Sequence record: MT446417.1
Source: Escherichia virus TH49
Direction: 5' to 3' (one strand)
Length of the DNA stretch: 41,043 nucleotides
The translations under genes were made by a program, and so were the position numbers. Shown here in pieces: positions 6,809 to 16,806 of the stretch; position 1 is the stretch's first letter, and each line of letters opens with the position of its first letter. The notes beneath the pieces were generated by a model, which was not told the origin of the DNA, searched no databases, and saw only the letters and a list, made by a program, of their open reading frames with translations.

Positions 6809-7840
6809 ATGAAGAACATTAAGACTAATCCATTTAAGGCCGTATCGTTCGTTCGCTCTGCTATCGAGAAGGCGCTGGAGACTTCCGGTTACCTTATCGC
6901 AGACACTAAGCACGATGGTGTACGCGGGAACATTTGCGTAGACAACACGGCCAACGCAGCGTGGCTCAGCCGGGTCTCTAAGACCATTCCGGCCCTTGAG
7001 CATCTCAACGGTTTCGACCAGCGCTGGCAGAAATTACTGAAAGATGACCGATGGATTTTCCCTGATGGATTCATGCTTGATGGGGAACTCATGGTCAAAG
7101 GCGTGGACTTTAACACCGGGTCTGGCCTGCTGCGTACCAAGTGGCTCAAGGGTACAAACTTCCAATACAGCTACAAGTACCACCCGTGGGAGAAGGGCAT
7201 GAAGAATAAAGCGCCATTCCGTTTAGACCAAGCGAAACTGCAAGTTGTCCTCTACGATATCATTCCGCTCGACATTATCGAGTCCGGCGATGACTACAAC
7301 GTGATGACCCTCCTCCGCCTTGAGCACGTCAAGGTTGCCTTACCAGTCCTGCAAGACCACTTCCCTGAAGTCGAGTGGTGCCTCTCGGAGTCCCATGAAG
7401 TTTACGACATGGACGAACTCGATGCGCTGTACCGACAGAAACGAGAAGAAGGTCACGAAGGTCTGGTGGTTAAGGACCCTCGCGGTATCTACAAGCGCGG
7501 TAAGAAGTCCGGCTGGTGGAAACTGAAGCCAGAGAATGAGGCTGACGGTATCGTTGTGGGACTCAACTGGGGAACTCCGGGTCTTGCCAACGAGGGCAAG
7601 GTGATTGGCTTCGAGGTTCTCCTTGAGTCCGGTCGAGTGGTATCCGCAAACAACATCTCTCAGGCACTTATGGAGGAGTTCACAGCTGAGGTTAAGCGTC
7701 AGGAGGACGAAGAGGTTAATCCATACCACGGCTGGGCGTGCCAAATCAAGTACATGGAGGAAACTCCAGACGGCTCTCTGCGTCACCCGTCGTTCGACAA
7801 ATGGCGTGGCACTGAGGCTGACCCGACCATCAAGATGTAA
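6809..7840 (+). CDS. gp1.3: ATP-dependent DNA ligase (T7 gp1.3 homolog)
   Basis: 343 aa. N-terminal MKNIKTNPFKAVSFV and the adenylation motif K-x-DG (KHDGVRGN); long blocks match the recalled T7 ligase (MLDGELMVKGVDFNTGSGLLRTKW, KRGKKSGWWK.KPENEADGI, YMEETPDGSLRHPSF). Confidence 0.96.
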   Translation: MKNIKTNPFKAVSFVRSAIEKALETSGYLIADTKHDGVRGNICVDNTANAAWLSRVSKTIPALEHLNGFDQRWQKLLKDDRWIFPDGFMLDGELMVKGVDFNTGSGLLRTKWLKGTNFQYSYKYHPWEKGMKNKAPFRLDQAKLQVVLYDIIPLDIIESGDDYNVMTLLRLEHVKVALPVLQDHFPEVEWCLSESHEVYDMDELDALYRQKREEGHEGLVVKDPRGIYKRGKKSGWWKLKPENEADGIVVGLNWGTPGLANEGKVIGFEVLLESGRVVSANNISQALMEEFTAEVKRQEDEEVNPYHGWACQIKYMEETPDGSLRHPSFDKWRGTEADPTIKM

Positions 7841-7861
7841 TTAGGACCCACTATAGGAGAC
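7839..7861 (+). promoter_or_regulatory. Phage RNAP promoter (phi1.5/1.6-like), aattaggacccactataggagac
   Basis: Consensus-like with a GG instead of GGG at the start site; overlaps the ligase stop codon. Confidence 0.7.
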
Positions 7862-7866
7862 ACCAA

Positions 7867-7953
7867 ATGTCTATCAACCTGATTCTAATCATCGCGTTCA
7901 TTCTCGCGGCTATCGTGTGGTCGATGAACGACGAGCCACCAAAAGGAGCATAA
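7867..7953 (+). CDS. Putative small hydrophobic peptide (28 aa)
   Basis: ATG 5 nt after the AGGAGA of the promoter. The product MSINLILIIAFILAAIVWSM... is a single transmembrane helix. It is below the ORF-track cutoff and was found by reading. Confidence 0.3.
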   Translation: MSINLILIIAFILAAIVWSMNDEPPKGA

Positions 7954-7956
7954 ACC

Positions 7957-8229
7957 ATGCGCTTACACTTCAATAAATCCAACGGTATCTTCTCGGTTCG
8001 CCGGGAGGACCGCAGCACTGTAGCAGCCACTGAGCGCCACGGTAAGATTCCACGCATCGGCGACACCTTCGAGCTGGCACCTCGTGTGCACATCTTGGTT
8101 ACTCGCGGTCTCTACGAATTGGCTCAAAATAAGAGCCGTCCTTTCGTACCCGTAGTGGTAACCAAGTGGCCACGCCTTCGCCTGTTCTGGGAGCGCTTCA
8201 AGGAGGTGTTCGATGACGGCCAAGAGTAA
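7957..8229 (+). CDS. gp1.6: Gene 1.6 protein homolog (90 aa)
   Basis: Matches the recalled T7 gp1.6 along its length (RLH.NKS, VRR.DRS.V...ER..KIP.IG.T..LAP.VHI..TRG, KEVF). Confidence 0.75.
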   Translation: MRLHFNKSNGIFSVRREDRSTVAATERHGKIPRIGDTFELAPRVHILVTRGLYELAQNKSRPFVPVVVTKWPRLRLFWERFKEVFDDGQE

Positions 8230-8569
8230 CTTAGAAGTTAACGGTCACGAGATTTACTGCGCATCCCTGCACGGGCCTTCTCACTGTAACTGCTCGCTAC
8301 GCGGGCGGATGGAATCCATCGTAAAGGATGATGGCGTTAAGCAGCCAAGTCACTACCAGCTGTTCGAAGGTGTCGAGGCCATCGAGGTGATTGCTCGCAG
8401 CATGACCCAAGAGATGTTCAAAGGGTATTGCCTCGGGAACATCCTCAAGTACCGACTTCGAGCCGGGAAGAAGTCCGAGCTGGCTACCTTAGAGAAAGAC
8501 ATGGCGAAGGCCGCTTTCTATCTGGAGCTGTATACCAAGCACAAGGTTCTGTGTTATGACGCCAAGTGA
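8213..8569 (+). CDS. gp1.7: Gene 1.7 homolog (nucleoside monophosphate kinase family), N-terminally shortened (118 aa)
   Basis: The C-terminal 70 aa match the recalled T7 gp1.7 (PSHY.LF...EAIEVIARSMT.E.FKGYC.GNILKYRLRAGKKSEL..LEKD.AKA.FY.EL). Cys/His cluster near the N-terminus. RBS AGGAGGTG. Confidence 0.75.
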   Translation: MTAKSNLEVNGHEIYCASLHGPSHCNCSLRGRMESIVKDDGVKQPSHYQLFEGVEAIEVIARSMTQEMFKGYCLGNILKYRLRAGKKSELATLEKDMAKAAFYLELYTKHKVLCYDAK

Positions 8570-8646
8570 GTGGGCAAGAAAGATGTACGAGAAGACGCTC
8601 GACCCTGCGTACATCACCCTGTATAACATGTGGAAGGAGCGAGAAG

Positions 8647-8796
8647 ATGCAAAAGTTCGTCGTAACGGTCGAGACAGCTAACGCATCGTACGAACTCCCG
8701 GTACACGCTGGGTCTCTTGAGGAGGCCCTCGAAGTTGCCGAGGCGGAGTACGAAGAGTTAGGCCAAGTGACTCGGGTACGCCCGGATAGTCATTAG
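8647..8796 (+). CDS. gp2: Inhibitor of host RNA polymerase (T7 Gp2 homolog)
   Basis: ELPVHAGSLEEALEVAEAEYEELGQVTRVRP matches the recalled T7 Gp2 ([20 protein letters not shown]...EVTRVRP). ATG at 8647 follows GGAAGGAG; an in-frame GTG at 8566 would give a longer product. Confidence 0.85.
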   Translation: MQKFVVTVETANASYELPVHAGSLEEALEVAEAEYEELGQVTRVRPDSH

Positions 8797-8813
8797 GACA
8801 CACTATAGGGACA
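8791..8813 (+). promoter_or_regulatory. Phage RNAP promoter (phi2.5-like), cattaggacacactatagggaca
   Basis: Consensus-like 23-mer upstream of the SSB gene; the transcript starts with a GGGACA...TGTCCC hairpin. Confidence 0.75.
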
Positions 8814-8855
8814 CAGGTTGTCCCTCTTTCTGTTATAAACCAAAGGAGATTCATC

Positions 8856-9554
8856 ATGGCATTCGCTAAGAAGAAGATTTACACCACCAAGATTGGTACC
8901 TGTGAGCCGTACGCTTACTTCAACAAGCCGGACTATGGCGGTGAGGGTTTTGAGAACCCACGCGGTACCTACAAGGGTTCCGTAACGTTCAAGAACGAAG
9001 ACTGTCAGGACCTAGTAGACCTCATCGTTAAGACCCACGAGGAAAACTACGCTGCTCGTCTGGAAGCGCACGAAGCGAACCCGCCTAAGGTTCAGAAGGG
9101 TAAGAAACCTCTGAAGCCGTATGAAGGCGACATGCCGTTCTTCGACAACGGCGATGGTACCACCACGTTCAACTTCAAGTGCTATGGTTCGTACGAGGAC
9201 AAGAAGACTGGCGAGACCAAGAAGATTGTTCTGGGCGTAGTAGACGCGAAGGGCAAGCGCATCCAAGACGTTCCGATTATCGGTGGCGGCTCCAAAGTGA
9301 AGATTCGCTTCTCGCTGGTACCGTACGGCTGGTCAGCTGTTGCTGGTGCCTCCGTCAAGTTGCAGCTGGAAGGCGTGATGCTGGTCGAACTGGCTACCTT
9401 TGGTGGTGGCGAAGACGACTGGGCTGACGAAGCCGTAGAAGGCGGTTACGAAGCGGACGAATCTCGCAGCCGTAAACCTCAGGAAGACCCGGAAGACTGG
9501 TCTGGCGAGGAAGAGGCGGACGAGGGCGAAGCCGAAGAAGACGATGACTTCTAA
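8856..9554 (+). CDS. gp2.5: Single-stranded DNA-binding protein (T7 gp2.5 homolog)
   Basis: 232 aa, the same length as T7 gp2.5. Long identities (KPLKPYEGDMPFFDNGDGTTTF.FKCY, VPIIGGGSK, SVKLQLE.VMLVELATFGGGEDDWADE) and an acidic C-terminal tail ending in F. Confidence 0.96.
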   Translation: MAFAKKKIYTTKIGTCEPYAYFNKPDYGGEGFENPRGTYKGSVTFKNEDCQDLVDLIVKTHEENYAARLEAHEANPPKVQKGKKPLKPYEGDMPFFDNGDGTTTFNFKCYGSYEDKKTGETKKIVLGVVDAKGKRIQDVPIIGGGSKVKIRFSLVPYGWSAVAGASVKLQLEGVMLVELATFGGGEDDWADEAVEGGYEADESRSRKPQEDPEDWSGEEEADEGEAEEDDDF

Positions 9555-10003
9555 TGGCTGGCTACGGAGCCAAAGGGATTCGGAAGGTGGGTGCCTTCCG
9601 GTCTGGCCTTGAGGACAAGGTGTCCAAGCAGTTAGAATCAAAGGGCGTCACGTTCGACTACGAATTGTGGCGCATCCCTTACGTTATTCCTGCGAGTGAT
9701 CACCTTTACACTCCAGACTTCTTGTTGCCCAACGGTATCTTCGTGGAGACTAAGGGTCTCTGGGAAGCCGAGGACCGCAAGAAGCACCTACTGATTCGTG
9801 AGCAGCACCCGGAGTTAGACATCCGGTTAGTGTTCTCTTCGAGTCGCACTAAGATTTACAAAGGGTCACCAACCAGTTACGCTGAGTGGTGCGAGAAGCA
9901 TAACATCTTGTTTGCCGACAAATTGATTCCCGTAGACTGGCTGAAGGAGCCGAAGCGTGATGTACCGTTCGGCAAGTTCAAACAGAAGAAAGGAGCAAAG
10001 TAA
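9554..10003 (+). CDS. gp3: Endonuclease I, Holliday-junction resolvase (T7 gp3 homolog)
   Basis: 149 aa, nearly identical over the N-terminal 30 aa to the recalled T7 gp3 (MAGYGAKGIRKVGAFRSGLEDKVSKQLESKG) and collinear throughout. Confidence 0.97.
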   Translation: MAGYGAKGIRKVGAFRSGLEDKVSKQLESKGVTFDYELWRIPYVIPASDHLYTPDFLLPNGIFVETKGLWEAEDRKKHLLIREQHPELDIRLVFSSSRTKIYKGSPTSYAEWCEKHNILFADKLIPVDWLKEPKRDVPFGKFKQKKGAK

Positions 10004-10005
10004 GT

Positions 10006-10461
10006 ATGGCCAAAGTTCAATTCACTAAGCGCAAGGAGACCTCTCAGATTTTCGTTCACTGTTCCGCCACCAAGGCAACCATGGACGTAGGTGTCCGTGA
10101 GATTCGCCAGTGGCACAAAGAGCAGGGCTGGCTGGATGTAGGGTATCACTTCATCATCCGTCGTGATGGTACCGTAGAGGCGGGCCGCGACCAAGACGCT
10201 GTTGGTTCACACGTCAAAGGATACAACTCGACTTCTGTCGGCGTGTGTCTGGTGGGAGGTATCGACGCTAAGGGCAACCCTGAGGCAAACTTCACACCAG
10301 CCCAGATGCAGTCTCTGCGTTCGCTGCTGGTAGAACTGAAGGTGCAATACGCTGGGGCTGTGCTGATGGCACACCACGACGTAGCGCCTAAAGCCTGCCC
10401 GAGCTTCAACCTGAAGCGCTGGTGGGAGAAGAACGAACTGGTCACTTCTGACCATGGGTAA
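10006..10461 (+). CDS. gp3.5: Lysozyme / N-acetylmuramoyl-L-alanine amidase (T7 gp3.5 homolog)
   Basis: 151 aa, the same length as T7 lysozyme, with very high identity (IFVHCSATK, VGVREIRQWHKEQGWLDVGYHFII.RDGTVEAGRD, FTPAQMQSLRSLLV, HH.VAPKACPSF.LKRWWEKNELVTSD). Confidence 0.97.
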   Translation: MAKVQFTKRKETSQIFVHCSATKATMDVGVREIRQWHKEQGWLDVGYHFIIRRDGTVEAGRDQDAVGSHVKGYNSTSVGVCLVGGIDAKGNPEANFTPAQMQSLRSLLVELKVQYAGAVLMAHHDVAPKACPSFNLKRWWEKNELVTSDHG

Positions 10462-10462
10462 A

Positions 10463-10485
10463 CATTAGGGCACACTACAGGGAGA
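10463..10485 (+). promoter_or_regulatory. Phage RNAP promoter (phi3.8-like), cattagggcacactacagggaga
   Basis: Consensus with one substitution (CACTACAG); the transcript 5' end forms a GGGAGAC...GTTTCCC hairpin. Confidence 0.75.
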
Positions 10486-10524
10486 CAATCACGTTTCCCT
10501 GTTGTCGCTTGAGGAGATTACTTT

Positions 10525-10640
10525 ATGAACAACTTGAAAGACTTCGACATAATCCCGCTGCTGGCGTATGGCGTGCTCGGACTTTGGGGCGTGACATTCC
10601 TCATAGCGTTCTTCATGTCGTGTGTTGACGGGACGGCTTT

Positions 10641-10644
<4 letters not shown>
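10525..10644 (+). CDS. Putative small membrane peptide (39 aa)
   Basis: ATG with GAGGAGA 8 nt upstream. The product MNNLKDFDIIPLLAYGVLGLWGVTFLIAFFM... has one transmembrane helix. Its stop overlaps the HNH gene start (ATGA). Confidence 0.35.
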
Positions 10645-12699
<2,055 letters not shown>

Positions 12700-12797
12700 A
12701 CATGACGAGTGGTGCTCCTGTGAGCACTGCTGTCCAACACTCGAAGCATTCCGCATGAGAATGTATAGAGACTTCAATCGTAAATAGGAGAATCAAA

Positions 12798-13007
12798 ATG
12801 TTTAAACTCATCGAAACTTTAGGCCGTCTGGTCATCGCTCTGTACATCCGTGAAGCCAAGGCACTGGACAAAGCGTCCAAGGTGGAAGCGAAAGCAGCCG
12901 CCAAGCTGGCTAAAGCAGCCGACAAGGCACGTCAGGCATCTCTGGATGCAACCGCAGAGGCAGCTAAAGTTGCCGCTAAAGCCCAGAAACTTAAGGAGTT
13001 CTTCTAA
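12798..13007 (+). CDS. Hypothetical protein (69 aa), gene 4.3 position
   Basis: ATG with TAGGAGA upstream. Ala/Lys-rich, predicted helical product. Confidence 0.55.
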   Translation: MFKLIETLGRLVIALYIREAKALDKASKVEAKAAAKLAKAADKARQASLDATAEAAKVAAKAQKLKEFF

Positions 13008-13318
13008 TGACTACCAAAGCTAAATTCCCCGGCAATACCATTCAGCTGTCCGACACTGTAGACCAGTGGGGTCGCAAGGTTCACATCAACGTCCGCAACG
13101 ACAAGGTGACTCTGGTCTACCGCTGGAAGGCTAAGAGTGATAACCGTGCGCACACTCAGCGTGTTACCCTCGACGATACACAGGCAGCCCGCTTGCTGGC
13201 ATCCGCGGCTGTGGCCGCAACTGTGGCTATCGGTGAGGACAAAGTGCGTGAGGCCATCCTGAGCAAAGAGGTTGGCGAAACGTCCGTTCGTCTGGCTGAA
13301 GCGTCAGAAGTTAAGTGA
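13007..13318 (+). CDS. Hypothetical protein (103 aa), gene 4.5 position
   Basis: ATG overlaps the upstream stop (TAATG); AAGGAG upstream. Confidence 0.55.
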   Translation: MTTKAKFPGNTIQLSDTVDQWGRKVHINVRNDKVTLVYRWKAKSDNRAHTQRVTLDDTQAARLLASAAVAATVAIGEDKVREAILSKEVGETSVRLAEASEVK

Positions 13319-13322
13319 TAAA

Positions 13323-13357
13323 CTCAAGGTCATTACTATATGTAGTGGCCTTTATGA
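13323..13357 (+). promoter_or_regulatory. Putative RNase III processing hairpin (R4.7-like)
   Basis: Third copy of CTCAAGGTCAT...GTGGCCTTTATGA; the loop carries TACTATATGTAGTG. Confidence 0.5.
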
Positions 13358-13390
13358 TTATTACACACAACATATTGAGAGGACATTACC

Positions 13391-13783
13391 ATGCGTAAAC
13401 CTGAAGAGATTCGTAAAGAGATTGAAGAGCTGAACAAAGAGCTGGCTGAGGCCAAGACCTATGAAGCCAAGCGTGATGCTGCCGTTCATATCTTGGAGAA
13501 CCTTGGGTGGACCCACAGTGGTCACAAGGGCTGGCAGAAACCTAAGGATGGACCGAAAGTATCCGACTACAAGGCACCTCTGAAGGCTGGCGAGTTGGCA
13601 ACTTGGGAGGATGGGCACATTAGTGGCACAGTCTATATCCGCAGCGTTGGTGACGAATATGCTCAGGTGTCCCACGTTCGTGGTATTAGCAGGCTGGGCG
13701 CTGACGTACTGAATGGTAGCTTTGCCGTCAAGAAAAGTAAGTTAACCGTGCGTCCACGTGAGTATTTCATCGGGCGTCGTTAA
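13391..13783 (+). CDS. Hypothetical protein (130 aa), gene 4.7 position
   Basis: ATG with GAGAGGA upstream; syntenic with T7 gene 4.7, directly upstream of the DNA polymerase gene. Confidence 0.6.
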   Translation: MRKPEEIRKEIEELNKELAEAKTYEAKRDAAVHILENLGWTHSGHKGWQKPKDGPKVSDYKAPLKAGELATWEDGHISGTVYIRSVGDEYAQVSHVRGISRLGADVLNGSFAVKKSKLTVRPREYFIGRR

Positions 13784-13799
13784 GCAACAGGAGACCACT

Positions 13800-15914
13800 A
13801 TGTTAGTAACCGATATCGAGGCTAATAACCTCTTAGAGAAAGTCACTCAGTTCCACTGTGGGGTCATCTATGACTACAGCACGGACGAGTACGTATCGTA
13901 TCGACCTTGGGACTTCTCAGCGTATCTCGATGCGTTAGAAGCCGAGGTGGCTCGTGGTGGTCTCATCGTATTCCACAACGGTCACAAGTACGATGCCCCA
14001 GTGTTGACCAAGCTGGCCAAGCTCCAGTTAAACCGAGAGTTCCACCTGCCGCGTGAGAACGTAGTGGACACGTTGGTGCTCAGTCGTTTACTGTTTGCGA
14101 ACATTAAGGACTCCGACATGGCCCTGCTGCGTTCCGGTAAGTTACCCGGTAAGCGCTTCGGGTCTCACGCTCTGGAGGCGTGGGGTTACCGCTTAGGTGA
14201 GATGAAGGGTGAATACAAGGATGACTTCAAGAAGCTCCTTGAGGAACAGGGAGAGGACTATGTGGATGGTGCTGAGTGGATTAGCTTCAACGAGCCGATG
14301 ATGGACTATAACGTTCAGGACGTTGTGGTGACCAAGGCTCTCCTTGAGAAGCTGCTGAGCGACAAGCACTACTTCCCAGCTGGTATAGACTTCACGGATG
14401 TCGGCGAGACAACCTTCTGGTCAGAGTCCTGTGAGGCAGTCTGGTTGGAACACCGAGCCGCTTGGTTACTCGCTAAGCAGGAGCGCAACGGGTTCCCATT
14501 CAATACCAAGGCCATCGAGGAACTCTACGTTGAACTAGCTGGTCGCCGTTCTGAACTCCTTCAGACACTCACAGACACTTTCGGAACTTGGTATCAACCC
14601 AAGGGCGGCACTGAGTTATTCCTGCACCCACGAACCGGGAAGCCTCTAGGTAAATACCCACGAGTGAAGTACCCGAAGCAAGGTGCCATCTACAAGAAAC
14701 CCAAGAACAAAGCTCAGCGTGAGGGTCGTGAACCCTGCGAGCTGGACACTCGGGATTACGTGGAGGGCGCTCCGTACACACCAGTAGAGCACGTTGTGTT
14801 CAACCCCAGTAGTCGAGACCACATTGCGCTCAAGCTGAAGGAAGCCGGATGGGTACCTACAGAGTTCACCGATAAAGGTGCACCTAAGGTAGACGACGAG
14901 GTCCTTGAGCATGTACGTGTGGGAGACCCTGACAAGCAGCACTGTATCGACCTCATCAAAGAGTACCTGATGATACAGAAGCGTATCGGTCAGGCGGCTG
15001 AGGGCGACAAGGCGTGGTTACGTTACGTTCAAGAGGATGGTAAAATCCATGGAAGTGTTAACCCTAATGGTGCAGTTACAGGGCGAGCAACGCATAGCTT
15101 CCCTAACCTTGGTCAAGTTCCGGGCGTTCGTTCGCCTTATGGCGAGCCTTGTCGAGCAGCGTTCGGCGCTGAGCATCACTTGGATGGACTTACCGGACAG
15201 CCTTGGGTTCAAGCAGGCATCGACGCCAGCGGACTCGAACTCCGTTGTCTGGCACACTTCATGTCTAAGTACGACGGCGGGGCTTATGCGGATGTCATTC
15301 TCAACGGTGATATCCACACAGTCAACCAAACAGCGGCTGAGTTGCCAACACGTGATAACGCCAAGACATTCATCTACGGTTTCCTCTATGGTGCTGGAGA
15401 CGAAAAGATTGGACAGATTGTGGGAGCAGGTAAGGAACGCGGAAAGGAACTCAAGAAGAAATTCCTTGAGAACACCCCAGCAATCGCAGCGTTGCGTGAA
15501 GGAATCCAGCAGACCCTTGTCGAGTCATCTCGATGGGTTGCCGGAGAGCAGAAGGTCAAGTGGAAACGACGCTGGATTAAGGGACTGGATGGAAGAAAGG
15601 TACACGTTCGGTCACCACATGCCGCGCTCAACACACTACTTCAGTCAGCTGGTGCGCTCATTTGTAAGCTGTGGATTGTCGAGACTGAAGAGTTGCTTCT
15701 CAAAGCCGGCTTAAAGCACGGCTGGGATGGGGACTTTGCGTACATGGCGTGGGTCCACGATGAAATCCAAGTAGCGTGTCGTACCCCAGAGATTGCACAG
15801 CAGGTGATTGACACTGCGCAGCAAGCTATGCGTAACGTGGGAGAACACTTTAAGTTCCGTTGCCGTCTGGATACAGAAGGTAAGATTGGTCCGAACTGGG
15901 CCGTATGTCACTAA
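13800..15914 (+). CDS. gp5: DNA polymerase (T7 gp5 homolog, family A with 3'-5' exonuclease)
   Basis: 704 aa from the ATG at 13800 (AGGAGACCACT upstream), the same length as T7 gp5. Extensive identity (FHCGVIYDYST.EYVSYRP, LIVFHNGHKYD, IYGFLYGAGDEKIGQIVGAGKERGKELKKKFLENTPAIAALRE, MAWVHDEIQV). The track ORF starts 42 nt earlier at an alternative codon. Confidence 0.98.
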   Translation: MLVTDIEANNLLEKVTQFHCGVIYDYSTDEYVSYRPWDFSAYLDALEAEVARGGLIVFHNGHKYDAPVLTKLAKLQLNREFHLPRENVVDTLVLSRLLFANIKDSDMALLRSGKLPGKRFGSHALEAWGYRLGEMKGEYKDDFKKLLEEQGEDYVDGAEWISFNEPMMDYNVQDVVVTKALLEKLLSDKHYFPAGIDFTDVGETTFWSESCEAVWLEHRAAWLLAKQERNGFPFNTKAIEELYVELAGRRSELLQTLTDTFGTWYQPKGGTELFLHPRTGKPLGKYPRVKYPKQGAIYKKPKNKAQREGREPCELDTRDYVEGAPYTPVEHVVFNPSSRDHIALKLKEAGWVPTEFTDKGAPKVDDEVLEHVRVGDPDKQHCIDLIKEYLMIQKRIGQAAEGDKAWLRYVQEDGKIHGSVNPNGAVTGRATHSFPNLGQVPGVRSPYGEPCRAAFGAEHHLDGLTGQPWVQAGIDASGLELRCLAHFMSKYDGGAYADVILNGDIHTVNQTAAELPTRDNAKTFIYGFLYGAGDEKIGQIVGAGKERGKELKKKFLENTPAIAALREGIQQTLVESSRWVAGEQKVKWKRRWIKGLDGRKVHVRSPHAALNTLLQSAGALICKLWIVETEELLLKAGLKHGWDGDFAYMAWVHDEIQVACRTPEIAQQVIDTAQQAMRNVGEHFKFRCRLDTEGKIGPNWAVCH

Positions 15915-15932
15915 TAATACAGGAGATTTATC

Positions 15933-16220
15933 ATGGCTATTACCAAGCGTGTACGTGTAACATTTGACTCAAAGTTTGTAGCGAGTACGGACGACATCAA
16001 CGAGTTCACTAAGACCTTAGTGGGCTACTCTAAGCGCTTCATGGAGGGCGATAAGACCCTTAAGGGTGACGAGATGGCGCTTGCAGAGATGGCGGCCAAG
16101 GAAGGCGTAGAGGCTGCTGTGGCGCTGTCTATCAAAATGGCCTACTCAAAAGCTATCAAGAGCGAGCTGTCTGACGACTACGTGACAGTCTCCAACATCC
16201 GAGTGGAGATTAAACAGTGA
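15933..16220 (+). CDS. Gene 5.5-like protein (95 aa)
   Basis: ATG with AGGAG upstream. The N-terminus MAITKRVRVTFD resembles the recalled T7 gp5.5 start; the syntenic position is after gene 5. The assignment is tentative. Confidence 0.5.
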   Translation: MAITKRVRVTFDSKFVASTDDINEFTKTLVGYSKRFMEGDKTLKGDEMALAEMAAKEGVEAAVALSIKMAYSKAIKSELSDDYVTVSNIRVEIKQ

Positions 16221-16426
16221 GCGAGTACCTAAAAGTTCTGGCGGCCCTCAAGGGCTGCCCTAAGTCCTTCCAGTCGAACTACGTGCGCAACAATGCTGCG
16301 TTAGTCGCTGAGGCTGCGAGCCGTGGTCACATTTCGTGTCTGACCATGAGTGGTCGTAACGGTGGCGCTTGGGAAATTACAAGTGCCGGAGTGAAATTCC
16401 TTAAGACACATGGGGGTTGCTTATGA
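16217..16426 (+). CDS. gp5.7: Gene 5.7 protein homolog (69 aa)
   Basis: GTG start overlapping the upstream stop. Nearly identical to the recalled T7 gp5.7 along its length (SEYLKVL, KSFQSNYVRNNAALVAEAASRGHISCLT.SGRNGGAWEIT). Confidence 0.88.
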   Translation: MSEYLKVLAALKGCPKSFQSNYVRNNAALVAEAASRGHISCLTMSGRNGGAWEITSAGVKFLKTHGGCL

Positions 16427-16806
16427 GTAAGCTGTCCGATAACGTTAAAGGCTACGTAAAGGAGCTTGGAGAGCGGGAGACGGAGCACCGCAAGTATTCT
16501 TCGTTCTACCTGACGATATCCCTGAAGGTTACAGAGAGCGATGCTGAGAACGAAGAGGAGCTGCTACCATATGTCGGTAAAGAGATTGTCGCTACCGGAA
16601 TGTGGGACGACACTTGGGGTGATGAGATTTACGACTGGCGAGTATTCTCTGTGGAGACCTCTGAGGAAGACACTGAGGCTCGCTCAGAGTTCCGCGAACT
16701 ACTCTCACACCTCAACGCTGAGGATAACAGTATGGCTCTTGATTTCCTTGAGAAGCACCTTAAGCCGAAACAGGTGGAGGAGCGTGTGGAGGTTCACCAT
16801 GAGTAA
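16423..16806 (+). CDS. Hypothetical acidic protein (127 aa) at the gene 5.9 position
   Basis: ATG at 16423 overlapping the gp5.7 stop. Strongly acidic product (roughly a quarter D/E). It occupies the slot of T7 gp5.9 but is longer and shows no similarity to the recalled gp5.9. Confidence 0.6.
   Translation: MSKLSDNVKGYVKELGERETEHRKYSSFYLTISLKVTESDAENEEELLPYVGKEIVATGMWDDTWGDEIYDWRVFSVETSEEDTEARSEFRELLSHLNAEDNSMALDFLEKHLKPKQVEERVEVHHE

Noticed and set aside
8566-8646. Longer form of the Gp2 gene starting at the GTG at 8566
   Set aside because: The conserved Gp2 core begins after the ATG at 8647, which has a good RBS. The GTG start directly overlaps the gene 1.7 stop and would add an unconserved Arg/Cys-rich N-terminus. 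It is possible but less likely.
13758-13799. 42-nt upstream extension of the DNA polymerase ORF
   Set aside because: The ATG at 13800 gives a 704-aa product matching T7 gp5 in length and N-terminal sequence and has an AGGAG RBS. The extension overlaps the upstream gene.
16541-16798. Upstream part of the 387-aa track ORF 16541..17704
   Set aside because: Similarity to the T7 exonuclease begins at the ATG at 16799, which has a GGAGG RBS. The upstream extension overlaps the preceding gene in another frame and has no support.
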